This document shows, piece after piece, positions 9,746 to 20,329 of a stretch of 22,012 bases of DNA. The notes beneath the pieces were generated by a model, which worked only from the letters and a program-made list of their open reading frames with translations, made no database searches and was not told the DNA's origin. A program made the translations under genes and the position numbers. Each line of letters opens with the position of its first letter. Positions within the stretch are counted from its first letter, which is position 1. Source of the stretch: an uncultured Pseudomonadota bacterium (GTDB lineage Bacteria > BMS3Abin14); contig CAYVSA010000007.1 of assembly GCA_964454175.1 (NCBI GenBank), forward strand, positions 29,232 through 51,243. Reading direction: 5' to 3'.

Positions 9746-9811
9746 AATACCGCGCAGGAGCAACAGTTAATCGCCAATATCCCGGTATTGCCCCCGAGCG
9801 GGGCAGGCTAG

Positions 9812-10432
9812 TTATCCGGGACTTTCATGAAGCATCCGCGCTTTTATTTCCTCCAGGATGCCGGCAAGGCGTCTTCGCGTCTGATCGAGGGATCCACTGT
9901 TGTCCACTATGTAGTCTGCCATCTGCGTCCTCAGGTCATCGTCTGCCTGGTGGTCCATCCTGGCCAGTGCCTCGTCGCCGCTGTACTTGCCTGACATGAT
10001 GAGCCTCTCAAGGCGCAGGCCTTCAGGCGCGGTAACAACTATAACTACGTCGTAAAGATCATGCCGCCTGCCCTCGGCAAGAAGCGGTATCTCCACCGCC
10101 ATGATCGGATTATTAATCCCTTTTGCAGCTTCAGCCATAGCCCGTGATTCTTCTTCCAGGATCAGTGGGTGCAGTATGCTCTCCAGTTTGGCCCTGGCCC
10201 GGCCGTCGGAGAAAACAACGTCTGCCATCTTGCGCCTGTCGAGCCTGCCTCCTTCAAGGAAGAACTCCGGCCCGAAGGCTTCTATTATTCTCCCGGCGCC
10301 TTCTGATCCCGGCTCCACAACACGCCTGGAGATGTCATCAGCGTCTATCCCGATAGCCCCCATTTCCGACATCAGCTGCCTGACCGTGCTCTTCCCGGAG
10401 CCGATACCTCCGGTTATGGCCACCTTAATCAT
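9812..10432 (-). CDS. coaE: Dephospho-CoA kinase
   Basis: ITGGIGSGKST P-loop, IDADDISR, LDRRKMADVVF, LESILHP, EIPLLAE, ADYIVDNSG. Confidence 0.97.
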   Translation of the reverse strand: MIKVAITGGIGSGKSTVRQLMSEMGAIGIDADDISRRVVEPGSEGAGRIIEAFGPEFFLEGGRLDRRKMADVVFSDGRARAKLESILHPLILEEESRAMAEAAKGINNPIMAVEIPLLAEGRRHDLYDVVIVVTAPEGLRLERLIMSGKYSGDEALARMDHQADDDLRTQMADYIVDNSGSLDQTRRRLAGILEEIKARMLHESPG

Positions 10433-10509
10433 GCTCTTGCTCCAAAGAATTTGACCAGCCCTGCACCAGACACCGCCCCTGTTAACAGCCTACAGTTACA
10501 GCTTACCGT

Positions 10510-10538
10510 TTGACAAGAGAAATGCGGCCATTTAGAAT
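10510..10538 (+). promoter_or_regulatory. Near-consensus sigma70 promoter for bioY
   Basis: TTGACA (10510-10515), 17-nt spacer, TAGAAT (10533-10538). AAGGAG RBS before ATG 10580. Confidence 0.8.
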
Positions 10539-10579
10539 GCCGCAGCTTCTACACGTTTTGCTGGCTGAAAGGAGATCAC

Positions 10580-11143
10580 ATGCAGCTCACAACAAGGAAG
10601 ATCGTCCTCGTTGCTCTCACGGTAGCCCTTACAACGGGGGGCGCATTCCTGAAGATCCCGGTCGGACCGGTACCCATAACCCTGCAAACTTTCTTCGTTC
10701 TTTTATCGGGGGCGATCCTCGGACCGGGCCTCGGGGCCATGGCCATGACAGCCTACCTTATTCTTGGTCTGGCCGGGCTGCCGGTCTTTGCCGGCGGCGG
10801 CGGCCCCCAGTACATCTTTTCCCCGACTTTCGGTTTTCTGGCATCTTTTCCCTTTGCCGCTGCGATAGTGGGAATAATCATTCCCCCGACCATCAGGAGA
10901 GTGAGTTTTGCACGCGCCCTGGCGGCTCTCCTGGCCGGCACAGCGGTAGTCTACAGTGCGGGACTTCCCTTCCTTGCCTTTTACCTTAATGTGCTTCAGG
11001 GCAAGCACATTGGAGCTGGAGGGATTATTGCGATGGGCATGGTGCCCTTTTTACCGGGCGACCTTTTAAAAATCTGCATCGGCGCTTTTCTGATCCCGCC
11101 TCTCAGGCGAAGTCTGAGCACTCTGCCGGGTGCCTTCCGATAA
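10580..11143 (+). CDS. bioY: Biotin transporter S-component BioY
   Basis: PVPITLQT, GLAGLPVFAGG, PTFGFLASF and PFLPGDLLK motifs in a hydrophobic 187-aa protein. Confidence 0.95.
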   Translation: MQLTTRKIVLVALTVALTTGGAFLKIPVGPVPITLQTFFVLLSGAILGPGLGAMAMTAYLILGLAGLPVFAGGGGPQYIFSPTFGFLASFPFAAAIVGIIIPPTIRRVSFARALAALLAGTAVVYSAGLPFLAFYLNVLQGKHIGAGGIIAMGMVPFLPGDLLKICIGAFLIPPLRRSLSTLPGAFR

Positions 11144-11186
11144 CAGCCCCAGACACTGCAATAAACAGCGAAGCGATCATCAGGTA

Positions 11187-11441
11187 CTAACCGCCAGTGT
11201 GGCGGCCCCCGAAGAAGCTCTCGTCGAGAAATGTATAAATGCCTGCCAGAAACCCTGTGTAGTAATTTATGAGGATAAGTAGAATAAAAGCTATGATGAG
11301 CGTGCAGTAAAAGATGATAAGCGCTTCGTGCCTGCTGGCTCCGATCAGTGGTGCAACGTACCTCCTGATCAGAAACCAGACGCCGGCTGACAGAAAAGCT
11401 ATGTAAGCTATAAAGAAGGCAAAAGTAACGAAATAGAGCAT
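11187..11441 (-). CDS. Hypothetical small membrane protein (two predicted TM segments)
   Basis: 84-aa ORF with two long hydrophobic stretches. It fills the gap between bioY and the tRNA terminator. No SD is visible. Confidence 0.5.
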   Translation of the reverse strand: MLYFVTFAFFIAYIAFLSAGVWFLIRRYVAPLIGASRHEALIIFYCTLIIAFILLILINYYTGFLAGIYTFLDESFFGGRHTGG

Positions 11442-11444
11442 ATC

Positions 11445-11472
11445 AAAAAAACGGCCTGGGTTTTCCAGGCCG
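11445..11472 (-). terminator. Intrinsic terminator after tRNA-Pro / atp operon
   Basis: Minus strand CGGCCTGG-AAAAC-CCAGGCCG followed by T7. Confidence 0.88.
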
Positions 11473-11478
11473 GAGAAA

Positions 11479-11555
11479 TGGTCGGGATGGCGGGATTTGA
11501 ACCCGCGGCCTCATGGTCCCGAACCATGCGCGCTACCAAGCTGCGCCACATCCCG
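11479..11555 (-). tRNA. tRNA-Pro (anticodon CGG)
   Basis: CGGGATGTGGCGCAGCTTGGTAGCGCGCATGGTTCGGGACCATGAGGCCGCGGGTTCAAATCCCGCCATCCCGACCA: a 77-nt cloverleaf with anticodon arm CATGG-TTCGGGA-CCATG, T-loop GTTCAAATC and encoded CCA. Confidence 0.97.
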
Positions 11556-11664
11556 TAAAACCGGGGTCAGGCCCGGTCGTCTATGCCAGATCCAGGGTCA
11601 CGCCGAGACTGCGACGATCGGTCCTGTCACCCGAAAGATCAGCTACACACAGGCCCGTGCCCGC

Positions 11665-12081
11665 TTATTTTCTGCCTGCGATCTGCATTCTTATAACAGA
11701 TTTTTCCAGCCGCACTTTGGCCTTTTCGTACTCGGGGTCTTCCTGCCCGGCCGTCAGGATTTTCTCGGCTGCATTACGCGCGTCTTCCGCTCTTTTTATA
11801 TCTATCTCAGTGGCCTTCTCAGCTGTTTCGGCAAGGACCATAACTCTGTCGGATGCTACTTCCACGTACCCCCAGGACAGGGCAAGATATTGGGACTCAT
11901 CCCCGCTTCTGTAGAGCATGGCTCCGATCTTAAGTGCTGTGAGGAAGGGGATGTGTCCTGGCAGGACACCGAATTCCCCTTCGAGACCAGGCAGCACGAC
12001 TTCGTCCACCTCTTCGGATATCACCACCCGCTCGGGTGTGACCACTTCGAGGGTCAGCTTGTCTTTTCCACTCTCAGCCAT
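11665..12081 (-). CDS. atpC: F1 ATP synthase epsilon subunit
   Basis: LEVVTPER, GEFGVLPGHIPFLTAL, VLAETAE...ID..RAE. Confidence 0.97.
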   Translation of the reverse strand: MAESGKDKLTLEVVTPERVVISEEVDEVVLPGLEGEFGVLPGHIPFLTALKIGAMLYRSGDESQYLALSWGYVEVASDRVMVLAETAEKATEIDIKRAEDARNAAEKILTAGQEDPEYEKAKVRLEKSVIRMQIAGRK

Positions 12082-12087
12082 TTTTCC

Positions 12088-13500
<1,413 letters not shown>

Positions 13501-13572
13501 TTACCGTACCCCCTTATCTGAGGTCTTTACCGAGCCGAGCTGGCAGTTGGCAGCCACTGCTTCGGCATCTTT

Positions 13573-14430
13573 TTATTTTATGGCTTCCGCGCCGCTCACG
13601 ACCTCCACCAGTTCCTTGGTGATGGCCGCCTGTCTTGATCTGTTGTACTGCAGCGTAAGACTGTCAATCATCTCGCCGGCGTTTTTAGTAGCAGCATCCA
13701 TAGCCGTCATCCTCGCTCCGTGCTCACTTGCGACGGACTCCAGCATGACCCTGTAGATCTGAATGTTGATATGCCTGGGAAGCAGCTCTGCAAGTACAGC
13801 TTCCTCCGACGGCTCAAAAGTATACTCCACAGGGAAGTAATCTTCGGATATGTCCATGGGTTTAATGGGAAGCAGCTGTTCTGCCACCACTCTCTGCTGA
13901 ATTGCCGATTTGAATTCGTTGTATACCATGTATACCTGGTCGAAAGTGTCTCCCAGATAGTTTTCCACCACATCGTTGCCGATGGCAATAGCGTGTGCCA
14001 GGTTTACGTCGCCCAGCACATTCAGGGAGACTTTTCGTGTATTGACGTGGCGCCGTTTGAAGTAATCGACGGCTTTCCTGCCGACCGCGTGCAGAGAAAA
14101 CTCCCAGTCGGGATGTTCTGCCATGAAACTTTCCGCTCTGCGGATGATGTTCGAGTTAAAAGCCCCGCACAGCCCCCTGTCCGAGGTGACCACTAAAAGC
14201 TCCACTTTTTCAGGATCCCTGCTCACCAGCAGGGGGTGGGCGTCCGGATTTGTCCTCAAGGCCAGGCTCGAAAGAACTTCGAGCATTTTCAGGGCATAGG
14301 GCCTCGATGCCAGGATCGCCTCCTGGGCCCTTCTCAGTCGCGATGCAGCCACCATTTTCATAGCATTGGTGATCTGCTCCGTGTTCTTAACGGACTGTAT
14401 CCGTCGTCTGATGTCCCTGAGATTTGCCAT
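13573..14430 (-). CDS. atpG: F1 ATP synthase gamma subunit
   Basis: ITNAMKMVAA, SDRGLCGAFN, SEHGARMTAMDAATKNA, RQAAITKEL. Confidence 0.98.
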   Translation of the reverse strand: MANLRDIRRRIQSVKNTEQITNAMKMVAASRLRRAQEAILASRPYALKMLEVLSSLALRTNPDAHPLLVSRDPEKVELLVVTSDRGLCGAFNSNIIRRAESFMAEHPDWEFSLHAVGRKAVDYFKRRHVNTRKVSLNVLGDVNLAHAIAIGNDVVENYLGDTFDQVYMVYNEFKSAIQQRVVAEQLLPIKPMDISEDYFPVEYTFEPSEEAVLAELLPRHINIQIYRVMLESVASEHGARMTAMDAATKNAGEMIDSLTLQYNRSRQAAITKELVEVVSGAEAIK

Positions 14431-14460
14431 CTTTCGAATTACCCTCCGCCGGATTCTCGC

Positions 14461-15978
14461 CTACTCAGTAACGAATTCGCCTTTGAAGTCATCCAGGGCG
14501 CTCTTCAGTCGCCCTTCCAGATCCTCGTCGATTTTCTGCCTGTCCCGAAGGTCCTTGACCAGATCAGGGTGGCGGTTATCTAAAAAGTGGTGCAGCTCTG
14601 TTTCGTATTGCTGGACAATCTCGCTGGAGTAGTCATCTACATAGCCGTTTGTGGCAGCGTAGATGGCAATAACCTGTTTTTCCACCGGCTGGGGCACATA
14701 CTGCCCCTGTTTGAGGATCTCTACAAGCCGTTCTCCCCTGGCAAGCTGTGCCTGTGTTGCCTTATCCAGATCAGAACCGAACTGGGCAAAAGCTTCCATT
14801 TCGCGGTACTGGGCCAGGTCAAGCCTGAGGCGTCCCGCAACCTGGCGGAAAGACCTCACCTGGGCCGATCCACCCACACGTGAAACAGAGATGCCCACGT
14901 TGATGGCAGGTCTCACACCCGAGTAAAACAGGTCCGACTCCAGGAAGATCTGGCCGTCGGTAATGGAAATGACGTTCGTAGGAATGTATGCTGAAACATC
15001 ACCCGCCTGGGTCTCGATTATGGGCAGCGCGGTCAGTGAACCCCCACCCTCTTCGGCGCTCATCTTGGCAGCCCTCTCAAGGAGCCTCGAATGCACGTAA
15101 AAAACATCGCCCGGGTAGGCTTCCCTTCCAGGGGGACGCCTGAGGAGAAGCGACAGCTGCCTGTATGCAGCTGCGTGTTTTGACAGATCGTCGTATATCA
15201 CAAGGGCATGGCGTCCGGAATCTCGGTAGAATTCGCCCATGGCGCACCCGGCGTAAGGAGCAAGGAAGAGAAGCGGGGCCGGCTCACTGGCAGAGGCGGA
15301 AACCACCGTTGTATATTCCATTGCGCCGTGCTCTTCGAGGTCGGCAACGACCCTGGCCACGGTCGACTCCTTCTGGCCTATGGCAACGTAAAAACAGTGT
15401 ACGGGAGATTCCGAGTTTTTCTGGTTGATGATGGTATCAATTGCAACGGCTGTCTTCCCGGTCTGCCGGTCGCCGATTATCAGCTCACGCTGGCCTCGGC
15501 CGATGGGGATCATGGAGTCGACAGCTTTTATGCCCGTCTGGAGCGGCTCGTTCACCGGTTGTCTTCTCACAATACCGGGAGCAATAACCTCGATGAGTCT
15601 TCTCTCGGTATTTTCCATGGGGCCCTTGCCGTCGATAGGCTGACCCAGTGCGTTTACCACCCTTCCAAGGAGTCCGTCGCCAACGGGCACCTCGACGATC
15701 CTGCCCGTCCGCTTAACGATATCCCCCTCTTTGATGAGCTGGTAGTCACCAAGAAGGACGATCCCGACATTGTCCTCTTCAAGGTTCAGAACCATCCCGA
15801 AGACCTCTCCAGGAAGCTCCACCAGCTCGCCAGCCATGGCATTCTCAAGGCCGTGGACACGCGCAATACCGTCACCGGTAGAAAGAACGATGCCCGTTTC
15901 CTTGATGTCGATAGTCTTTTCAAAGCCCTCGATCTGTTTCTTGATTATCTCTGTGATCTCTTCAGCTCTTATCTGCAT
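14461..15978 (-). CDS. atpA: F1 ATP synthase alpha subunit
   Basis: [47 protein letters not shown]. Confidence 0.99.
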   Translation of the reverse strand: MQIRAEEITEIIKKQIEGFEKTIDIKETGIVLSTGDGIARVHGLENAMAGELVELPGEVFGMVLNLEEDNVGIVLLGDYQLIKEGDIVKRTGRIVEVPVGDGLLGRVVNALGQPIDGKGPMENTERRLIEVIAPGIVRRQPVNEPLQTGIKAVDSMIPIGRGQRELIIGDRQTGKTAVAIDTIINQKNSESPVHCFYVAIGQKESTVARVVADLEEHGAMEYTTVVSASASEPAPLLFLAPYAGCAMGEFYRDSGRHALVIYDDLSKHAAAYRQLSLLLRRPPGREAYPGDVFYVHSRLLERAAKMSAEEGGGSLTALPIIETQAGDVSAYIPTNVISITDGQIFLESDLFYSGVRPAINVGISVSRVGGSAQVRSFRQVAGRLRLDLAQYREMEAFAQFGSDLDKATQAQLARGERLVEILKQGQYVPQPVEKQVIAIYAATNGYVDDYSSEIVQQYETELHHFLDNRHPDLVKDLRDRQKIDEDLEGRLKSALDDFKGEFVTE

Positions 15979-15984
15979 ATCGCC

Positions 15985-16530
15985 CTATCTCCTGCTGGTA
16001 AGACTTTCCTTTAGCTGCTCAAGCTGATTGTTAAGGCTCCAGTCATACACCCGGCTCCCCACATAGGCCACAATCCCGCCCAGGATCTCTTCGTCCACTT
16101 CCACCTGCAGGATGACATCCTTGCCCGTCAGCTTCGAGAGTGCGTCTTTTATCTTCTTTTCCTCCGCCTTATCGAGGGGTGAGGCCACTACAACCCTGGT
16201 CCTGACCCTGTTCTCGAGTTCGTCGGATATATCACGATAGGCGCCGGAAATTTTACCGATGCCCACGATCCTGTTTTTTTCCAGAACAACGTGTACGAAC
16301 TTTCTCGTCAGTTCTTCAGATCCCATCTTGTCCATCAGGGAATCGATGATCTTTTTCTTGTCGGGGATGGCAGTTGTGGGATCCGACATGATGAAACCCA
16401 GCTCCGAAGAAGCCTCATATACAGCAGCGATGTTTTCCAGGTCCTCCCCTACGCGGCCGACCATGTCCTTTTCCAGGGCCAGATCGATGATGGCTTGAGC
16501 GTATCTCTTGGCCAGAACGAATCCGATCAC
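15985..16530 (-). CDS. atpH: F1 ATP synthase delta subunit
   Basis: LAKRYAQA N-terminus and VDEEILGGIV..VGSRVYD.SL C-terminus. GTG start overlapping the atpF stop. Confidence 0.96.
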   Translation of the reverse strand: MIGFVLAKRYAQAIIDLALEKDMVGRVGEDLENIAAVYEASSELGFIMSDPTTAIPDKKKIIDSLMDKMGSEELTRKFVHVVLEKNRIVGIGKISGAYRDISDELENRVRTRVVVASPLDKAEEKKIKDALSKLTGKDVILQVEVDEEILGGIVAYVGSRVYDWSLNNQLEQLKESLTSRR

Positions 16531-17105
16531 TGTTTGGTCGCCTCCAGTTTTTCCAGGTATTCGGCCACAAAGCGTTTGTGGTCGGCTTCAGTAATATTCT
16601 CCCTGATGATTTCCCGGGCAAGTTCAAGGGCGATCTGTGCAGCTTCGTTCCTCAGGGTTTCCTGGGACTTTTTGAGTTCCTGCTGTATGGACCTGGTTGC
16701 CTCTTCCCTGAGCTTCACCGCTGCGGCCTCAGCCTCTTCAGTGATCCTCGCCTTTTCTGCCTGGCTCTCGCTTCTGGCCTGAGCCATTATCTGGTCAACT
16801 TCCCGGGAAAGACCTTTTAACTTTTCTTCGGCTTCCTTCATCTTTGCCTCTGCTTCTGACTTGGTGCTTTCAGCGTCTTTCAGAAGCTTGCGAATTGATT
16901 CAATACTGTTTTCGATGAAAGATCGCAGAGGTTTGCGGGTAAAATATATCAGTGCCCCCACAAGGATAAGGAAATTGATTATCCTCATAGCCAGGTCGTA
17001 GAGCTGCCTGCCGGTATGACCGCCCTCAGCTTCAGCAGCAAATACCGCCACTGGCAGGGCAACCGCAGTAAACATCAGCAGGGTCATTGTAAACTTTCGA
17101 TTCAT
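16527..17105 (-). CDS. atpF: Fo subunit b
   Basis: N-terminal extension (..FAAEAEGGH), TM segment RIINFLILVGALIYF.RKP, then a long charged coiled coil. Confidence 0.93.
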   Translation of the reverse strand: MNRKFTMTLLMFTAVALPVAVFAAEAEGGHTGRQLYDLAMRIINFLILVGALIYFTRKPLRSFIENSIESIRKLLKDAESTKSEAEAKMKEAEEKLKGLSREVDQIMAQARSESQAEKARITEEAEAAAVKLREEATRSIQQELKKSQETLRNEAAQIALELAREIIRENITEADHKRFVAEYLEKLEATKQ

Positions 17106-17542
17106 CAGGAGTTTCCTCCCAGGGCCCTGCCGAGAAGCTTGGAAGCAGCTTCGGATGCCAGCGTATTTGCCTCTTCCTTGAGAAAAGCTCTGGATTCGGC
17201 TGCCTGGGATTCCAGTACCTTTCTGGCTGCCTCAGTTTCCTGAACGTTTTCTGACTTTATTTGCTGGATCTTTTCACGGAACGCCCCGAGGCCCTCGTTC
17301 CTGGCGGCGAGCTTCAGCGACATGGCTTCCTGTTTAGCACTCAGCAGGTTCGAATTGTACTCTGCCATATTTTTATCGGTGACATTGCCCAGGTTTTCCT
17401 GAAGCTCTTTTGACTCGGCCACCAGCTTCTCCCTTTCGTCAAGCACTTTCAAGATGGGCTTGAAAAGAAGGAAATTCAGGATAACCAGCAAGATCAGGAA
17501 GTTGGCAAGCTGGACTACCATTGTAAAATTAACGCTGATCAA
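17105..17542 (-). CDS. atpF2: Fo subunit b' (second peripheral stalk subunit)
   Basis: TMVVQLANFLILLVILNFLLFKPILKVLDER plus a coiled coil. TTG start with a GGAGG RBS. Confidence 0.93.
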   Translation of the reverse strand: MISVNFTMVVQLANFLILLVILNFLLFKPILKVLDEREKLVAESKELQENLGNVTDKNMAEYNSNLLSAKQEAMSLKLAARNEGLGAFREKIQQIKSENVQETEAARKVLESQAAESRAFLKEEANTLASEAASKLLGRALGGNS

Positions 17543-17592
17543 GAAAGCCTCCGCTCCACTAGCACACGCTGCAGGTTATTTAAGCGCCAATT

Positions 17593-17621
17593 AAAGTAAT
17601 AAAACAGCCCCTGCCTGTCAA
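17593..17621 (-). promoter_or_regulatory. Putative internal sigma70 promoter upstream of atpF'
   Basis: Minus strand TTGACA (17621-17616), 17-nt spacer, TACTTT (17598-17593). The -35 is flanked by the inverted repeat AAAACAG...CTGTTTT (17601-17628). Confidence 0.6.
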
Positions 17622-17658
17622 CTGTTTTTACCTTGAAGGGGACTGCAGCCCCCCAGAG

Positions 17659-17940
<282 letters not shown>

Positions 17941-17988
17941 TCAGCGTTGTCAGTTTTAGCGATATAAGACTGGTCATCTCCGCTGGGC

Positions 17989-18732
17989 CTAGATGATCAG
18001 AATGAGCGCGAATGAAATGATCATCGCGAAAACTCCCGGCGACTGACACACTGCCTGTCCCAGGAGCATTACTCTCGTCAAAAGCTCGGTTGCCGCGGCG
18101 GGGTCACGGTGGTGCCTGATACCGATAATTGCTGATTCCGCGGCGAACCCGCCTCCGATAGATGGCCCCATCGCCCCAAACCCCATACAGATCCCGGCCG
18201 CTAACACAGAGGAAAACTCCACAATGCCGGCCGCGTGCTGCTGTTTCATGAAAAGAAGCATGAAAGACACCAGGAGCGCGAAGATGACCGGGGTCTGCGT
18301 CAAAGCCTGGCCAATGAGCATGGTAGTAGTCATTGGAGCACGAAGGCGCGGCTGGCGAGCAATCGATTCACAGGCCCTGGCTGCCGGAAGGCCGCTCCCG
18401 ACCCCTGATGCAAAGGAAGCTGCCCCGATAGAAATACCTGCCCCCAGGCCAGCAAAACCTTTCAGGATGCTGGCACCTTCGGTGCTGCCGAAAAGCAGGA
18501 GTATCGCCACTACCAGTGCAAATATGGCAGAAGTTTCCGTGACAGCCTGTCCCACCAGCATTATGCGGAACAGGTCCGGCGAAATTTTCGGCTGGCGGCT
18601 TATGCCCTCACAGGCATATCCTCCCGACATCCCCTCTCCAACCCCGGGTCCGACGGCTCCAAGGCCAACGGCGATAGCAGCTCCGAGCATGTAGAGTGTC
18701 TTGACGAGATCGGCTGCGGCTATGGAATCCAA
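17989..18732 (-). CDS. atpE: Triplicated (three-hairpin) Fo subunit c; only hairpin 1 keeps the ion-binding glutamates
   Basis: 247 aa made of three ~80-aa c repeats: GPGVGEG..RQP..GQAVTETS; ASGVGSG..RQP..GQALTQTP; GPSIGGG..RHHRDP..GQAVCQSP. TTG start behind AGGAGA. Confidence 0.93.
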   Translation of the reverse strand: MDSIAAADLVKTLYMLGAAIAVGLGAVGPGVGEGMSGGYACEGISRQPKISPDLFRIMLVGQAVTETSAIFALVVAILLLFGSTEGASILKGFAGLGAGISIGAASFASGVGSGLPAARACESIARQPRLRAPMTTTMLIGQALTQTPVIFALLVSFMLLFMKQQHAAGIVEFSSVLAAGICMGFGAMGPSIGGGFAAESAIIGIRHHRDPAAATELLTRVMLLGQAVCQSPGVFAMIISFALILII

Positions 18733-18741
18733 ACGGCTCTC

Positions 18742-19413
18742 CTACTTGGTGGCAACTGCAATATAGGTGATAGTCAGCATAGTAAAGACAAAGGCCTGCA
18801 CGGTTCCCACAAAAATGCCGAAGAACATATTCAGCAACGGCGGCAGCACGACGCTGTAGACCATGTGCGACACGACGGTAATGATTATCGCACCCCCCAT
18901 TATGTTGCCGAAGAGACGAAACGATATCGAGATGACTTTTGCCAGCTCGCCGACCACGTTAAGGGGAGCCATGATAAAGAACGGATGACAGTAGTCTTTC
19001 AGGTAAGCTACGATCCCTTTTTCCCGGATAGCCATTGTGTGTGTTATGAAAAATCCCATTACCCCGAGGCTGAGGGGGGTGTTCAGGTCCTTTGTTGGCT
19101 CTTCAAGGCCCGGGATGATGCCTATCCAGTTGCAGAGCATGAGAAAGATGAAAAGTGTCGCAACCATGGGAACAAAGGTTCTGCTTTCTGTTTCCAGGGT
19201 GTCCCTTGTCAGATGGTCCATTGCCGAAACGTAGATCTCGGCGAGCCTCTGCCCAAAACCTGGAGAATGTTCAAGCCGGCGGGTAATGACAAGGGAAATA
19301 ACGATCAGAAAGGCCATTATGAGCCAGGTATTATACACGGTTGCCGTGTTGACGGTAAGGTGCATTCCCAGGAGGTCAAAGGAATACATCGGTATGTGGG
19401 TGAGATCTCCCAT
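18742..19413 (-). CDS. atpB: Fo subunit a
   Basis: NWIGIIPG..PTKDLN, ISISFRLFGNI (essential Arg), GTVQAFVFTMLTITY. Confidence 0.96.
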   Translation of the reverse strand: MGDLTHIPMYSFDLLGMHLTVNTATVYNTWLIMAFLIVISLVITRRLEHSPGFGQRLAEIYVSAMDHLTRDTLETESRTFVPMVATLFIFLMLCNWIGIIPGLEEPTKDLNTPLSLGVMGFFITHTMAIREKGIVAYLKDYCHPFFIMAPLNVVGELAKVISISFRLFGNIMGGAIIITVVSHMVYSVVLPPLLNMFFGIFVGTVQAFVFTMLTITYIAVATK

Positions 19414-19426
19414 AGGCCCTGCGCTG

Positions 19427-19804
19427 CTACTCCCGCCTGTCTGCGACCTCTCCGGCTACGAGTACGACCTGCGCAGCGAAGAGGAACGGTATGGTGCCCC
19501 AGAGGGCGATCGAATCGGTTCTGGCAGCGTATATCAGTGCTGAGCCGAAAACAGCCAGCCTGAGGCCGTATAGAGCCCCGGTGGACAATACACTTTTTCC
19601 GCCAGAAGTTGCAGCGTGCCTGCGGATCTGCCCAGCCAGCAGAAGCAGGTTGAGCAAGCTTGCAGACCCTCCAAGGGCTGCTCCCCTGGACCACGACCGC
19701 AGCCCGAAAAGCAGGAAGAGGCCTGCAGCTGCAACGGTGACGGCCAGAATCCCCAGAAATACCTTGCGAAAGTACCCCTCAACGGTGAGATCAGACCCAG
19801 CCAT
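19427..19804 (-). CDS. atpI: ATP synthase protein I (membrane accessory/assembly factor)
   Basis: 125-aa protein with about four TM segments, a GAALGG.ASLLN..LL motif and Y.LRL. Directly upstream of atpB. Confidence 0.8.
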   Translation of the reverse strand: MAGSDLTVEGYFRKVFLGILAVTVAAAGLFLLFGLRSWSRGAALGGSASLLNLLLLAGQIRRHAATSGGKSVLSTGALYGLRLAVFGSALIYAARTDSIALWGTIPFLFAAQVVLVAGEVADRRE

Positions 19805-19809
19805 CAGAA

Positions 19810-19845
19810 AGTATACAGTATACTGTATTCATTTGTGTTCTTCAA
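19810..19845 (-). promoter_or_regulatory. sigma70 promoter of atpI with an overlapping perfect 16-bp palindrome
   Basis: TTGAAG (19845-19840), 17-nt spacer, TATACT (19822-19817), and a second TATACT at 19815-19810. Palindrome ATACAGTATACTGTAT at 19813-19828. Confidence 0.7.
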
Positions 19846-19888
19846 TCGTTTTCTGCCACTTTTCGAGCAGTTACCCTGCACGGAGAGA

Positions 19889-20314
19889 CTACTCTTCTTC
19901 CACTGCCGGGCCCGAGCCGGCATCAGACAGCACCCCGATACTTGACACCTTGCTGTCTTCCTGGGTCATGGTGCAGCTCCCTTCAAAGATAACACCTTCT
20001 TCAATGAACAAACTGGGAGTTTTAACGTTTCCAAACAGCTTTCCCGGGCGGTGAACCTCAACTTTACCGGTGGAAGTAATATTGCCCCTGACCGTTCCGC
20101 TGACCACGATAACGTTAACGTTTATCTCCGCGTTGACAACGGCGCTTTCCCCGACGATCAGCGTGTCCTTGGTGTGGACCTCTCCCTCCAGCTTGCCGTC
20201 TATCCTCACTGTTCCCTCAAAGGTCAACGTACCCTTAAAGTCAGTTCCCTCCCCCAGAAAGGCCTTGATCTCGCCCCTTGCCGCCGGCGGGGTCTTTTCT
20301 TTTTTTACATTCAT
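19889..20314 (-). CDS. Bactofilin (polymer-forming cytoskeletal protein, DUF583/CcmA family)
   Basis: Beta-helix repeats FLGEGTDFKGTLTFEGTVRIDGKLEGEV...LIVGESAVVNAEI...VSGTVRGNI...LFGNVKTPSLFIEEGVIFEGSC. Confidence 0.93.
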   Translation of the reverse strand: MNVKKEKTPPAARGEIKAFLGEGTDFKGTLTFEGTVRIDGKLEGEVHTKDTLIVGESAVVNAEINVNVIVVSGTVRGNITSTGKVEVHRPGKLFGNVKTPSLFIEEGVIFEGSCTMTQEDSKVSSIGVLSDAGSGPAVEEE

Positions 20315-20329
20315 TTCCTACCTCCATCC

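Noticed and set aside
9640-9777. N-terminal 46 codons of the 372-aa track ORF
   Set aside because: They contain a perfect extended -10 and look non-coding. A strong RBS precedes TTG 9639.
10480-10515. BirA operator upstream of bioY (TGTTAAC...GTTTGACA)
   Set aside because: The half-sites are 21 nt apart instead of the usual ~15-16, and the right half is simply the -35 box.
11144-11555. Integrative element at tRNA-Pro
   Set aside because: No integrase and no duplicated tRNA 3' end were seen in the window.
13525-13568. GC-rich imperfect stem between atpG and atpD
   Set aside because: Imperfect and without a U-tract. At most an ordinary intercistronic stabiliser.
14872-14887. parS-like sequence ACCCACACGTGAAACA inside atpA
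   Set aside because: Only 11/16 positions match TGTTTCACGTGAAACA, one arm is broken, and it is explained by the conserved SVSRVGG coding sequence.
17989-18732. Triple c gene as a pseudogene or assembly-duplicated atpE
   Set aside because: The three repeats are strongly diverged from each other and from the small atpE, the frame is uninterrupted, and the substitutions are parallel and site-specific.
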